The notes beneath the pieces are model-generated. The model ran no database searches, was not told where the DNA came from, and worked only from the letters and a program-made list of their open reading frames with translations. A program made the translations under genes and the position numbers. A stretch of 64,000 bases of DNA from a virus, in the UHGV virus genome UHGV-0218015; one strand, 5' to 3'. Below, one piece after another: positions 1 to 10,401 of the stretch (positions are counted from its first letter, which is position 1; the number at the start of each line of letters is the position of its first letter).

Positions 1-13
1 CTTTTGCGACCAA

Positions 14-742
14 TTGAAAGAAAAAGGGGAGGTGACGTTAGAGTATGCAGTAAACGATGTTGGTGCGTTGCTGCGAGGAGATTTGGTTGTACTAAAGCAG
101 TTAGGCTTTGCTTTCTCAACAACACCAATACGCTTAGATAGTAAACCCCCGACCACGCGCCCTGGAGGTGAGCGCACTGAATTTACATTGGGTGTTGTTG
201 TTGTGCAGCGCTACGATGAGCCTGACAACTATCGGTGGCTACGTTTCTACGGCACGAAAATGAAAATCGAGCCAATAACGTCTCGCTATTATGAACCAGG
301 CGTTTACATGATAATAGGAGGTGGTACGAGGGTGGAAGGGAGTCGTATGATTCATTTTGAATTTGACGACATTACTTCACCATTTAGATTATTTAAGGAT
401 GAGGCAGCGGCGGACGCGTTTCGATGGCAAGAAGCAGTTCCCGGTCTCTTTGAGATTAAGCAACGTTTAGAGGAGCAGTACAAAGAAAAATTAGAAAGCT
501 TGGATTCGGCAAAAGACAAGCTAGAATTGGAACACAAGAAACAACTACAGAGCATGGCTTTAGAAAAGGAGCGATTGACTTTAGCATTCAAACAACAGGA
601 ATTGGAAGCGAAGTCACGGGCTGAGGCGCGTAAAGAATTCTACGAGACGCGTTCTTACATTCGTAAGGACGGCTCAGACCTATTTAAATCTGTCCCTGCG
701 TATTTGGCGGCGGGTGTCGCATTTATAGGGATGCTAACGTAA
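14..742 (+). CDS. hypothetical protein, possibly 5'-partial
   Basis: ORF track; track start is TTG and the frame stays open to nt 2, so the gene may begin upstream of the window. Charged coiled-coil-like middle, hydrophobic C-terminus. Confidence 0.45.
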   Translation: MKEKGEVTLEYAVNDVGALLRGDLVVLKQLGFAFSTTPIRLDSKPPTTRPGGERTEFTLGVVVVQRYDEPDNYRWLRFYGTKMKIEPITSRYYEPGVYMIIGGGTRVEGSRMIHFEFDDITSPFRLFKDEAAADAFRWQEAVPGLFEIKQRLEEQYKEKLESLDSAKDKLELEHKKQLQSMALEKERLTLAFKQQELEAKSRAEARKEFYETRSYIRKDGSDLFKSVPAYLAAGVAFIGMLT

Positions 743-752
743 GGAGCATGGC

Positions 753-2528
753 GTGTTTAAAGATGCAATCAAAAAGCTTAAAGAGAGTGGTAAAATAGTA
801 CCCTTTAACCGCGCGATTGCGGAAGGAGTCGGATATACACAAGCCAAAGATGGTATTCACGATCGTGTGCATCGTATCTTGAAACGTGAGCTAGATTACC
901 ATCCTGTAGAGAATCCGCGTGTTCCTGAAGGCTTGGCTGTATTGGGTGTTCGTTTAATGTCGCCGTTCGAAACTTTTATCTACAAGTTGTCTCGCTCAGA
1001 GAGCAGCAGAATGGATAAACGTCGTGGGGTGATGTCTATAGCGAATACCGATGCGTATATGGTCATGTCGTCGTTCCGTATTCCTGGCGACTCAAGGCCG
1101 ATCTCAAGACCGATTAACTTGCCATTCATTCGTCGTGGTGGGTTGATGAACTATTACGGGACAACGTACCACGTTGCGCCTGTTATTCATCAGCCGGGTA
1201 TCTGTCGTGAGCATGGTGGGGTGTTTGTTAATTTTGACTTTAAACGTAAAGCGTCACTAAAATTCTGTAAGCACCCGGTACGTATTTTAGTGAATGGGAA
1301 GAAAGAAGAGTTGTTCTTGCCCGGAACAAACAATTTGTTTAAAGCCAAAAACGCCACACATCCTGATACGGACGAGAAACCGTTAATGTACTGGTTATTC
1401 GGACGTTATGGATTTAAGGAAGCCATCAAACGTTATACTGGTGTGGATGTAGAGATATATCCTGCATTCAAAGTACCTGAAATCGATCTCGATAAAAAAG
1501 TAGTAATCGGTTCAGGTGAACCTAAGCATAATCGGGCGATTATGTACGTAGTGACGGTTCCTGCAGAGGCTTTACCGAATCTCGATAAAGCGGGATGGGA
1601 TCAAAACGAACACTTATTACTCGTAGCGATTTCTGCATTCTTTAAAGCAGCGCACTATTATTGCGGAAAACAAGCGATTAAAAACGGCAACGTTGTTCCT
1701 TTACCGCCGTTGTTTACCGCTATTAATGAACTTGCAATGGAGGACGATGTTGTAAACCTGAATTCCTCCGCAATTTGGCGGGAGATTTTGGGGAGAAGTA
1801 TTGTTGGACTTAAACCGTCTGATATTGAACTGGCACACAGCATGACGAAACACTATACGGAGTGTGAACGCTACGTTAACTCAACATTCCGTGGCGAGTT
1901 AATGATGTCAGATCCCGATATCCCGGACGATATGGATATGTTTGATTTCTTCTGGTACGCGACGAAGTTGATGGTGAGAACGCGCCTCACGAAACAAGGC
2001 GATATTCCGTCAATGTATGGAAAACGTCTGACCGTAACAGATTACCTGTTATTAGGTGAGCGTGGTTTTACACCTACCATTGCTGCGATTCGTTTTCACT
2101 TGGGACAAACGGAGAATAGAACACCGGAGTCTTGTGCGAACATGATACGCAGTGCGTTGAATAAAGACATTGTAACCAGCCTGGTATTGCGGAACATTAC
2201 CGGTAACGGCGGTGTAAGTTATTTCAACGCTTCTACAGAGTCTATGGTGCTGGGGGTTTCAACCCATGCTATCAGCCAGACAGAAACAGAATCAAAACGT
2301 AGCAGCAAGGGCGGTAAGACGGTTAACCTTAACGACCGGACAAAACATGCCTCTGCATCTCATCTGGAATGTGGTAACGTGTATTACATTCCGAAATCAT
2401 CACCGTTCAAATCGGGCATTCTCAATCCGTATATGAAGACGAATACCCAACTGGTGATGGTACGTAATCCAAAACTCAACGACTTGATCCAAGCAACCGA
2501 AGAAGACATTGCGAAGATTGGCCGTTAA
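753..2528 (+). CDS. hypothetical protein (591 aa)
   Basis: Long ORF in co-directional block, GTG start just after upstream stop; no recognisable motif. Confidence 0.55.
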   Translation: MFKDAIKKLKESGKIVPFNRAIAEGVGYTQAKDGIHDRVHRILKRELDYHPVENPRVPEGLAVLGVRLMSPFETFIYKLSRSESSRMDKRRGVMSIANTDAYMVMSSFRIPGDSRPISRPINLPFIRRGGLMNYYGTTYHVAPVIHQPGICREHGGVFVNFDFKRKASLKFCKHPVRILVNGKKEELFLPGTNNLFKAKNATHPDTDEKPLMYWLFGRYGFKEAIKRYTGVDVEIYPAFKVPEIDLDKKVVIGSGEPKHNRAIMYVVTVPAEALPNLDKAGWDQNEHLLLVAISAFFKAAHYYCGKQAIKNGNVVPLPPLFTAINELAMEDDVVNLNSSAIWREILGRSIVGLKPSDIELAHSMTKHYTECERYVNSTFRGELMMSDPDIPDDMDMFDFFWYATKLMVRTRLTKQGDIPSMYGKRLTVTDYLLLGERGFTPTIAAIRFHLGQTENRTPESCANMIRSALNKDIVTSLVLRNITGNGGVSYFNASTESMVLGVSTHAISQTETESKRSSKGGKTVNLNDRTKHASASHLECGNVYYIPKSSPFKSGILNPYMKTNTQLVMVRNPKLNDLIQATEEDIAKIGR

Positions 2529-2567
2529 CGAATTAAATTATAGAAAAGACGTAACAGGAGTATAATA

Positions 2568-4208
2568 ATGGCAACTGTCAATAAAGACGCAATTCGTAAC
2601 CACATCTATAGCACAATCTCTAGTGGCCGCGACGAACTTTTATCATACCTTTGTAATCAAGCACGTGCTGCCGGAATGAATGACGACAAATACATGGATA
2701 ATGCTGTTACCGTCGCCACGTGGTTTGTATACAACCGTCGTCCAGATAACGAAACTGCATCGGCGATTCTGGCAACATTTAAATCGACGCTGTATAGTGA
2801 CTTACTGGGGCGTGGTATGCAGCCATTGGACCCGCGTATTCACAGCCAGCTGGAACAGGAATTCCGTACGGCGAATCAGTATGCGGTACAAGCTAAACAG
2901 CTTATGGGACATTCGAGCTCTTTCGCTGGCCCAACAATGCCCGCTTCGCCGAGCTTAGCGATGCCCGCGTCTAGCTTTACAGGCAGTGGCCACGGTAGCC
3001 CACGACCAGCAACAGCGGTAGAAGGGGGTTCTATCCCAATGTCAACTTACGATCCGCGCACAGCGGAACAGAAGCAAACAGCGCAACCGCAAGGTAACTT
3101 CGGTCAGCCTGCACAACAACCAGTGCAACAGGCACAGCTACAACCGACTGTTTCGCACTCTATGGTGGAAGCTAACAAGCCGCGTGAGCTCGACGAGAAA
3201 ACCATCGAAGAACTTGTCGAACGTTACAATAAACCTATCATCGATCATTTCCGGGTAGAAATTGTGGAAGACTATTTAGATCACGAACTTAGAGAACAGA
3301 TTAAGAAAAACATTCTTACGCCAAAAGAACTCAACGAACGCATCAAAAATTCACCGTATTCAAGCCACCGCAATTGGTCTGAAAAGGTTGACGAAATCAT
3401 CGATAATAAAGACATCGATTATTGCGTCTATGATGAAGCGGACGTGATGGTGAAAACCGAAAGCGAGTATAAATTGTTCCCGATGGTAAGTACGGACTCG
3501 AGCAAAACTTACCTTCAAGAATTTTATACCGCCACCCGTCAGGCAATTGATGGTATTGAAGACATTCGCGATATTGACGATCCGGAAGAGATGCTGAAGA
3601 ATACTATCGAAATGGTGTTCCACATCCGTAAAATGTCTGAATGCCTACTGCAATATTTCAATAGCCAGGCTGAGGAGCCAGAAACGTTGAAACAAAGCTG
3701 TGTGGAGTTCTGTCAGCAGTTTAACGCAACACTCACTGTTTTGGTTCACAACGCTATTTCTGTTGCGACAAACTACGGTAAAGGTATCCCAGGTACGAAA
3801 TTTGTGCAATTCGATTGCAACTTAAGCGATCTCGAATATTTCCGTGACACTCTGTTCCCGCGCACCATCGGTGAAAATGGCGTAACCACGGCTGCGGATT
3901 TCTTCCGCGAACTGTGCTTGCTGGTCGCACGTTCTGTTCGTAAGCTACATTTCCGTCTGAAATCTAACGATCATGCTATTGAAATTTGCCGCGTAACGTA
4001 CACCATTCAGCTGCCTGCGGATTATCCGTCTGCGAAAGGACGCAATATCGTAGAGATTTCCTCATTCGGTAATGCGTTTGAACCTATCGTCGGTATCTAT
4101 GAAGCAATTAACCAACGCGCACCTGAAGCTATTGTGAAGCTGGCTACGCCGTCGGCATCGTACACGCTGCTTAGCAATGGTGAAATTACCGCGCCGGTGC
4201 GTTACTAA
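2568..4208 (+). CDS. hypothetical protein (546 aa) with Q/P-rich linker
   Basis: ATG preceded by AGGAG-like SD; followed by a GC hairpin. Confidence 0.6.
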   Translation: MATVNKDAIRNHIYSTISSGRDELLSYLCNQARAAGMNDDKYMDNAVTVATWFVYNRRPDNETASAILATFKSTLYSDLLGRGMQPLDPRIHSQLEQEFRTANQYAVQAKQLMGHSSSFAGPTMPASPSLAMPASSFTGSGHGSPRPATAVEGGSIPMSTYDPRTAEQKQTAQPQGNFGQPAQQPVQQAQLQPTVSHSMVEANKPRELDEKTIEELVERYNKPIIDHFRVEIVEDYLDHELREQIKKNILTPKELNERIKNSPYSSHRNWSEKVDEIIDNKDIDYCVYDEADVMVKTESEYKLFPMVSTDSSKTYLQEFYTATRQAIDGIEDIRDIDDPEEMLKNTIEMVFHIRKMSECLLQYFNSQAEEPETLKQSCVEFCQQFNATLTVLVHNAISVATNYGKGIPGTKFVQFDCNLSDLEYFRDTLFPRTIGENGVTTAADFFRELCLLVARSVRKLHFRLKSNDHAIEICRVTYTIQLPADYPSAKGRNIVEISSFGNAFEPIVGIYEAINQRAPEAIVKLATPSASYTLLSNGEITAPVRY

Positions 4209-4223
4209 GGGGCTTCGTGCCCC
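4209..4223 (+). terminator. GC stem-loop after 2568..4208 (weak terminator candidate)
   Basis: ggggc-ttcgt-gcccc directly after stop; no clear T-run. Confidence 0.3.
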
Positions 4224-4252
4224 CTAATCTATAGACACCACAGGACAGTATC

Positions 4253-4501
4253 ATGGCAGCCTATGTTGATTATAGTAAAACAAAAATTGAGTTAAAGGAG
4301 ATTGATACCGCCGCTCGTTTAAAACAACAACTTAATCTGGAGTTATACCAACTCCAAGTTCGGATACATGAACGCGAACAGCTCATTGAAAAACGCCCAA
4401 TTTTCATTGACGAACGCCAAGTGAAACTGATCACTGCGGAACTGGAGGTAATGGCCGCAGAGAAATTGTTGTTAGAAGAACGCATTGCCGCTATTGTTTA
4501 A
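4253..4501 (+). CDS. small coiled-coil protein
   Basis: 82-aa ORF, heptad-like charged sequence, followed by a strong terminator. Confidence 0.45.
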   Translation: MAAYVDYSKTKIELKEIDTAARLKQQLNLELYQLQVRIHEREQLIEKRPIFIDERQVKLITAELEVMAAEKLLLEERIAAIV

Positions 4502-4512
4502 TCGCCCCCACA

Positions 4513-4545
4513 GGAGAGCTTCGGCTCTCCTCCTTTATTTTTATT
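4513..4545 (+). terminator. rho-independent terminator
   Basis: ggagagc-ttcg-gctctcc followed by tcctttatttttatt. Confidence 0.7.
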
Positions 4546-4589
4546 CCCCAATTTATTATAGCCGCCCACTATAGTGAGGGAATGAGGAA

Positions 4590-4889
4590 ATGATTAAATA
4601 TGTTGTTATTAATGTAAACTACGAACGTAGTCCACGTTTTCGCTTCGAATTACCTGAAACCGAAGCAACCATGGAGTTTAATCGCTATTTATTAGAACAT
4701 TCAAACACCAAAATCAATCACGGTAGATACTGGCTTATCTACTACAATGCCCGTAATGAATTACTGAAAGCAGTTGAGAAATCAGGTCAGTCGGAGCTGT
4801 TAGCGAAACTGATGGCGTACGATAACGATCCCTTAGCAATAGGAGTTATGTTAGACCTTGTTATTAAGAAAGATGAAATAGCGTGGTGA
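4590..4889 (+). CDS. hypothetical protein (99 aa)
   Basis: ATG with GAGG SD; ends at a bidirectional terminator. Confidence 0.45.
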   Translation: MIKYVVINVNYERSPRFRFELPETEATMEFNRYLLEHSNTKINHGRYWLIYYNARNELLKAVEKSGQSELLAKLMAYDNDPLAIGVMLDLVIKKDEIAW

Positions 4890-4903
4890 AAAAAGAAAAG
4901 CTA

Positions 4904-4948
4904 CTCCGACCCCAGAAGGGTCGGAGTAAGCTCGAATTATTTTTTTTT
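4904..4948. terminator. bidirectional terminator between convergent genes
   Basis: ctccgaccc-cagaa-gggtcggag with A-run upstream and T-run downstream. Confidence 0.7.
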
Positions 4949-4953
4949 GCTAT

Positions 4954-7671
4954 TTAGAGAGTTTCGTCGGTGTTGTCGTCTGTACCGGTATCCGTCTCGT
5001 CCGTGTCTTCAGCAGAAACGTCTTCTTCCGATGTCGTATCGGTTTCCGTCGTTTCTTCATCAGACATGTCCAAGTCTTCATCACCACCCAGATCGTCACC
5101 ACCTAAGTCCTCATCACCACCTAAGCCGCCGTCGTCTTCAGACCCGCCACCAAAGTCGCTACCCCCGCCGAAGTTATTGGCGTCCTCAGGATTCAAATCA
5201 GCCGCTTTTGCTAAGGTTTCAACTTTACCTGTTGCACGCTTAGCTAACTGAATCAACGTTTTAGATGCTGATGCGATTTCATCAGAAATCATCTTGACGT
5301 TTTCGCCACGTTTATCTTCGTCGTAGATCAAATCAAACAGATCGGTTTCTATGCCCTGATTGCGTAGCCAGTTACGCGTATAGAACGATTTAATCATCGT
5401 CTTGAGATCATCAGGCTGCATTTCGATACCTTCATTCTGAAGCATATTTGAAATGTCGTCGGTAACAACCAGATCCGCCAGTTTCTCAATGAACTCATAG
5501 CGTTTGTCGAACAGATCCGCTTGTGAAGAAGAAGCTGATGTGTCTGGTGGTGGTAAGGTGACTTTCATGCCATTGATGAACTTCGCCAGATACTCTGACG
5601 TTTGCTTGGTCAAGTCTTCACTTGTTACGTTAGGATTTTGATTGCGAATATATTCAACGATAATACGAATCAATTCTGCTTGTAACTTAGGAGAGGCTTG
5701 CAAACTGTTTGTCACGTAGCGTGTTAACGGCGTAGACAGGATTTCTTGTTTCTTCACGATTTGCTGAGTCACCAGCAGTGACTTGGAATAAATCTGCGAA
5801 GCAAATTCCAGGTTTTCTGGTGTCAAAACAAGATCCGGGTCTACACACGCGATGTGGCAAGTACGACGGAGTAAGTTTTCATCGATTTGCTGATCGGGCA
5901 CTTTATACTCAGGCGTTGTGTCCGAAACTGACACTTTATGACTGGCGTAGTATTCGTTACCCGTCACGTTAAATGCAATCCCGGCATTAGCCCCCATTGA
6001 CCAGGCATCGTTGATATCGCCCCACATCGGTAAACGACGATTATAGGAGTTGAGGATATCCGATTTAACTTGGTCAACTGTTTTCTGACCGTTCATATCG
6101 TCCGGCGATAACTCAATGTCATATTGCATGTGACGCGCTGAGTTCAACACTGAAGAGTTCATTGTTGCGAACAACAGCGCCATCCTGACCGTGGAGATGA
6201 TAAAGGAACGTTCGGTAATAGACACCCCGATACCATCTTCGTTAAAGTCGGTTGCAAAGTAGCATAAGTTATTAACCGGGATATAGACAACCTGTGTGTG
6301 ACGTTTTGCGAGGTGACGTGCCAGTAGAATACGACCGAAGGTTTCGGTAATTTTCATGCTGATTTCGGCACCACCCAACGCTTGACTTAAAGCGCGGGTA
6401 AATTCGTTCTCAGCAATCTCGCTGCAACGTGCACTTAAACGGTTGGCGATTTCAGGCGTTATACGAGAGGTATTACCCAAGCCTAAATTAGAGCGGTTGA
6501 TAATACTGTCTGTCATGCCGTCGTTATTAAGGTAGTTCATAAAGTTCGCGTCCCCGTAAAGTGAGGAACGTGAGTTGATGAAGTTACCCATATCGTCAAT
6601 AATGGTCAGAAACCCAATAGGGTTACGAACGTCGTCACCAATAACCAACGGGGCGGTAGACTCAGCAGGGAGTAAACATTCGAAATAGTCGATCTGGTTG
6701 TTTTCATCCATCGAAATAATCGGGATGTTACCATAAAGCTGAGTTTTTGGTGTACTTTTGTACGCTTCGTTCAGATCACCTAAGTTGATGAAGCCTTTTT
6801 CAGCTGCATCACGCTGACGATCGTTAAACTGTTGATTAACTTCATACGGCGCAGCACCTGTCGGTGTGGCAGGCTTTTCATATGCGGCTTGCTCTAATTG
6901 GCCGTAGAGACCAGTACGAGCGTTCTCATGCGCGATTCGACGATAAGCATGGGGCAGTAACGTGATACGTGGGTTGTCGGTAATCGAGATGTCCATTTCG
7001 AACTTATCTGAGAACATCTTATCATGGTTACTGAAATTGATTTTCAGTGATTGTGGTCCTTTAACAGGTCCACGGACACGACTCAGAATAGATTCCACAC
7101 CTACGCGTTGCCCGTCATCTTGCGAGTTGATTGGGCCGAGAATACCGAGTTGTTCTTCGAAATACGCGGCTTGAGAACGACGCATGGATTCGGTAGCGAT
7201 TTTGGTGTCTAAACCGAACAGCTGGTCAAATCCATTGTCCGAGATTATCATCACTGGACTTGCGCCTTTTGTTTTTAACGCGTCGTAAATCCACTGATAT
7301 AATTTCTTAGGTAATTGACGTACGTTATCATGATAATCACGCGTTGGTGTCAGTAAGTCATTACGTAAGTCAATTGGAATGTCTGCGATGTTGTCGTAAA
7401 TCAACGTGGTGTTGATTAAGTCTTTTGTCGACAGCAAGCTCGAAGTTGCAATGGTAACAATCGTTTCGAGTTCAGGTAACGCATCAAAGATACGTTCCGC
7501 ATTTTTGATAGTACGAATACGCGAACTTACAATTCCTGCAAGTTCCTGACGTGTTGGCGTAGAACCACCCTCGCTACGCGTACCGCGTTGTTGCTGGGGT
7601 GCTGGGCCCGTAGTTTTACGAAGAATTGCAGCTACGGCGGGGTCGCCCGTTAATTTACTAATATCGTCCAT
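4954..7671 (-). CDS. large hypothetical protein (905 aa) with poly-acidic C-terminal tail
   Basis: Only long minus-strand ORF in the first 49 kb; C-terminal ~60 aa are D/E-rich with GG(D/E) repeats; convergent terminator downstream. Confidence 0.6.
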   Translation of the reverse strand: MDDISKLTGDPAVAAILRKTTGPAPQQQRGTRSEGGSTPTRQELAGIVSSRIRTIKNAERIFDALPELETIVTIATSSLLSTKDLINTTLIYDNIADIPIDLRNDLLTPTRDYHDNVRQLPKKLYQWIYDALKTKGASPVMIISDNGFDQLFGLDTKIATESMRRSQAAYFEEQLGILGPINSQDDGQRVGVESILSRVRGPVKGPQSLKINFSNHDKMFSDKFEMDISITDNPRITLLPHAYRRIAHENARTGLYGQLEQAAYEKPATPTGAAPYEVNQQFNDRQRDAAEKGFINLGDLNEAYKSTPKTQLYGNIPIISMDENNQIDYFECLLPAESTAPLVIGDDVRNPIGFLTIIDDMGNFINSRSSLYGDANFMNYLNNDGMTDSIINRSNLGLGNTSRITPEIANRLSARCSEIAENEFTRALSQALGGAEISMKITETFGRILLARHLAKRHTQVVYIPVNNLCYFATDFNEDGIGVSITERSFIISTVRMALLFATMNSSVLNSARHMQYDIELSPDDMNGQKTVDQVKSDILNSYNRRLPMWGDINDAWSMGANAGIAFNVTGNEYYASHKVSVSDTTPEYKVPDQQIDENLLRRTCHIACVDPDLVLTPENLEFASQIYSKSLLVTQQIVKKQEILSTPLTRYVTNSLQASPKLQAELIRIIVEYIRNQNPNVTSEDLTKQTSEYLAKFINGMKVTLPPPDTSASSSQADLFDKRYEFIEKLADLVVTDDISNMLQNEGIEMQPDDLKTMIKSFYTRNWLRNQGIETDLFDLIYDEDKRGENVKMISDEIASASKTLIQLAKRATGKVETLAKAADLNPEDANNFGGGSDFGGGSEDDGGLGGDEDLGGDDLGGDEDLDMSDEETTETDTTSEEDVSAEDTDETDTGTDDNTDETL

Positions 7672-9866
7672 TGGGGTCTCCGATGCAGAGATTTAACATA
7701 TTTCGTGATCAGAACATCACGTTGGCGAAATCGCTGATTATTAAATCAGAATCAATCGCACAACAGATGAATCTGGCAATAACCGAGAACGGCGGTTTCG
7801 TTTCCGATAACCGTAGTACGTGGCGATACTACCTGCATTTAGCAGGACAACGTCACGAAATGGATAAACCCATTTACATAACGTCGCTCGACACGCAAGA
7901 GCAGATAGAATTAACGACAGCCAACCTGTCCCGTCATAAAAAGACCTCTAACGTTTTTCGTTCGAATGCTGAGTACATCGAGGCGTTGATCGCAAGTTAT
8001 CCCGAATACGCGATTTATATTCGCGGCGTCTTTACGCCAATCGATTTAAAATACGCTTTACGTGTAGACGATTGTTCTATTTTGTATTACGACAGCTCGT
8101 TAGTAGAATCGCAAGAGACGTCATTGATTAGCCGACTGGAAGCGAGAATTCGTGCGGCACATGTCCGTTACATGGCTGAGGGTTGGAAGGTCCACAACGA
8201 TGCGTTTGTGTTAGCTTTCTATTGCATGTTGTTTCCTCAGTTACCAGGCATAATTGGTTATATACGTTCTTCTTTACAGCATACGACAGAAACGCACTCT
8301 TTCTTCGTTACCGAATTTTTAGCTTCGCATCAGGAACTGCATGAGTTTATGCCGTATCTGACTCAGAAACAAAAATTCATTCTTTATCGGAATATCCGAT
8401 ACTGGGAACGCAATTCAGGGAAAGAGGAGATCTTCGATTGGCAAATCGATGCGCTATTGACAGGTTGGGGAATGCCTGCGGTTGGGTATAATGTTGCACA
8501 GCAGATTCACGAACCGAAAGATAACGATGATAATTCCTTAACACCGTTACCTATCGGCTATCAGCAATCTTTAAACTACACAGAGAAAGACTCTGGACGC
8601 GATTTGGATATTGTTGCCACTACGGACATAATCCAAAAAGAGGTGGGGTTAGCGTATAATAACCCGGCGTACGAACCGGAGTATCAAGAAGACTTAGACA
8701 CCCGACTGAGTCTGACACAATACCCCAACTTAACGACGAAACTCGTAGAAGTCACCGCTGTTGACCCAGAAGCTATTGAGCGTTTTGAATACACACATAA
8801 CCTCTTTAATGAATGGGTGCATTTGGTCGCGAAGGGAAAATACAGCATCTACCACGAGATTCTTAACCCGACCAACGGCGACACGTTAAAAATGAGTTCG
8901 AAAGAGCTGTTGGCGTTGTTTTTGTACGCGGCGTATAAAGGCTACTCTGATGTCGCTCTTGAAGAAATCCCGGTATTTAACGTTTTTGATGTTTTGATTA
9001 AACGATGGGTTTCGTTCGATGAAATGGAACAACATCTTATCCCGAGTTGGGAACACCGTTTCGACGCACTGATTAACTACTACACCGATACCCACACCGA
9101 GGTAGTCGGAACCATTCTCAGTGCCGATGAACTTTACGATACGGTTAATGAAATTATTTTGCAGAAGCGCCGTCGTTGGCGTTACAGCCAAAACCGCCGT
9201 AAAATTCCCGACCGTGCAGCGGGCCTAATGTTGTTCGATTACCATTATCGCGATTACCGATGTGATTTAAAGTTAAAGTATCGTAACTACGATGAGTTCT
9301 TTAAGACCTTCGGTTTAGACTACACACTGGTCTCCGCAGAGACGTGGCAAGATATCGCAACTGATGCATTGAACACCGCAACAAACCTCGAAACGCGTGC
9401 AACTATTTCGCAATCTGAAATACAGCGTGCGATGGTTCGATTGATGACCAAGCTTTCGTCGTATACCGTACATTTTGCTGCGCGGATGGGGTCAGATTCT
9501 TACGACGTTATGGACCCGCTTTGTCCAATCTTAGGGGATATCCCTATGAGTGGGGAGGGTACAGTTACCATCATTGAACCTCTCTTAGGCGTACAGTCAG
9601 TTACGCGACATCAACACATGACGACGGACAAAGTGCTTCCCGCAGCGCCGGTGATTAAAGAGCTGTCCATGCCGCAACACATCAAACTACGGATGAACAT
9701 TTACATGGGTATCCGTGTGAGAGTGAATCAGCAAGTCGTGGTGAATATTAATGAACCGACCACCGGGGTTGTTAAGGTCAAGTCTTCACTTGACGACTGG
9801 GCGTTAAGCGAACAGGTGAAAATTAACGATCTCGAAGGGTTTACGTTAGACCAGCTACCTAAGTGA
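7671..9866 (+). CDS. hypothetical protein (731 aa)
   Basis: Long ORF; track start is TTG, an ATG at 7683 is more likely; no Walker motif seen. Confidence 0.55.
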   Translation: MGSPMQRFNIFRDQNITLAKSLIIKSESIAQQMNLAITENGGFVSDNRSTWRYYLHLAGQRHEMDKPIYITSLDTQEQIELTTANLSRHKKTSNVFRSNAEYIEALIASYPEYAIYIRGVFTPIDLKYALRVDDCSILYYDSSLVESQETSLISRLEARIRAAHVRYMAEGWKVHNDAFVLAFYCMLFPQLPGIIGYIRSSLQHTTETHSFFVTEFLASHQELHEFMPYLTQKQKFILYRNIRYWERNSGKEEIFDWQIDALLTGWGMPAVGYNVAQQIHEPKDNDDNSLTPLPIGYQQSLNYTEKDSGRDLDIVATTDIIQKEVGLAYNNPAYEPEYQEDLDTRLSLTQYPNLTTKLVEVTAVDPEAIERFEYTHNLFNEWVHLVAKGKYSIYHEILNPTNGDTLKMSSKELLALFLYAAYKGYSDVALEEIPVFNVFDVLIKRWVSFDEMEQHLIPSWEHRFDALINYYTDTHTEVVGTILSADELYDTVNEIILQKRRRWRYSQNRRKIPDRAAGLMLFDYHYRDYRCDLKLKYRNYDEFFKTFGLDYTLVSAETWQDIATDALNTATNLETRATISQSEIQRAMVRLMTKLSSYTVHFAARMGSDSYDVMDPLCPILGDIPMSGEGTVTIIEPLLGVQSVTRHQHMTTDKVLPAAPVIKELSMPQHIKLRMNIYMGIRVRVNQQVVVNINEPTTGVVKVKSSLDDWALSEQVKINDLEGFTLDQLPK

Positions 9867-9873
9867 GAGAACC

Positions 9874-10401
9874 ATGGCATATCGTGTCGATTTAACGAAA
9901 GCACCTAAACAAATTTTAGTAGACCGGATTAACTACGTATTTAGTCTATCCTATACTGCTGATAACATCGAGTTTAACGCAAACGGCGTTCAACCACTAA
10001 CTTTAGCAGAACGCCAACGTTACGGACTAGAATCAAAGGTTGCTGCCGTCTTCCGTAACGGCGTTGTCGGTAACCAGGAATTCATTTTAACTCGCGTTGA
10101 TTTGGCAACGTTCTTGGCCGATGAACCGGTGAGTGTACCGAAAGGCGCAGTAACGTCCAGCGAAGAGTTGGCTGATTATATCGTCGCACAAACAGGGCTC
10201 GACCTGCGTGCCGACGACATTATGATTGAGCCGATTTCAGAGGAACTGGATTCTTATGATGTTCGTCTCGTCCCGAATCATTTGTCTTTTAAAGGAACGA
10301 TTCCGGTCGTATTTACTGATTCCACTCCACGCAAATTGGCGTCTCTTGTGACGAAATTGGCGTTGGATGGGTTCCGCCCAGGAGAATTAATCAATGTCTA
10401 A
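9874..10401 (+). CDS. hypothetical protein
   Basis: ORF with ATG 8 nt after upstream stop. Confidence 0.5.
   Translation: MAYRVDLTKAPKQILVDRINYVFSLSYTADNIEFNANGVQPLTLAERQRYGLESKVAAVFRNGVVGNQEFILTRVDLATFLADEPVSVPKGAVTSSEELADYIVAQTGLDLRADDIMIEPISEELDSYDVRLVPNHLSFKGTIPVVFTDSTPRKLASLVTKLALDGFRPGELINV

Noticed and set aside
4954-7671. Calling the 905-aa protein a portal, or 7671..9866 a terminase
   Set aside because: No portal or terminase motifs (for example Walker A) recognisable by eye; size and position alone are insufficient.
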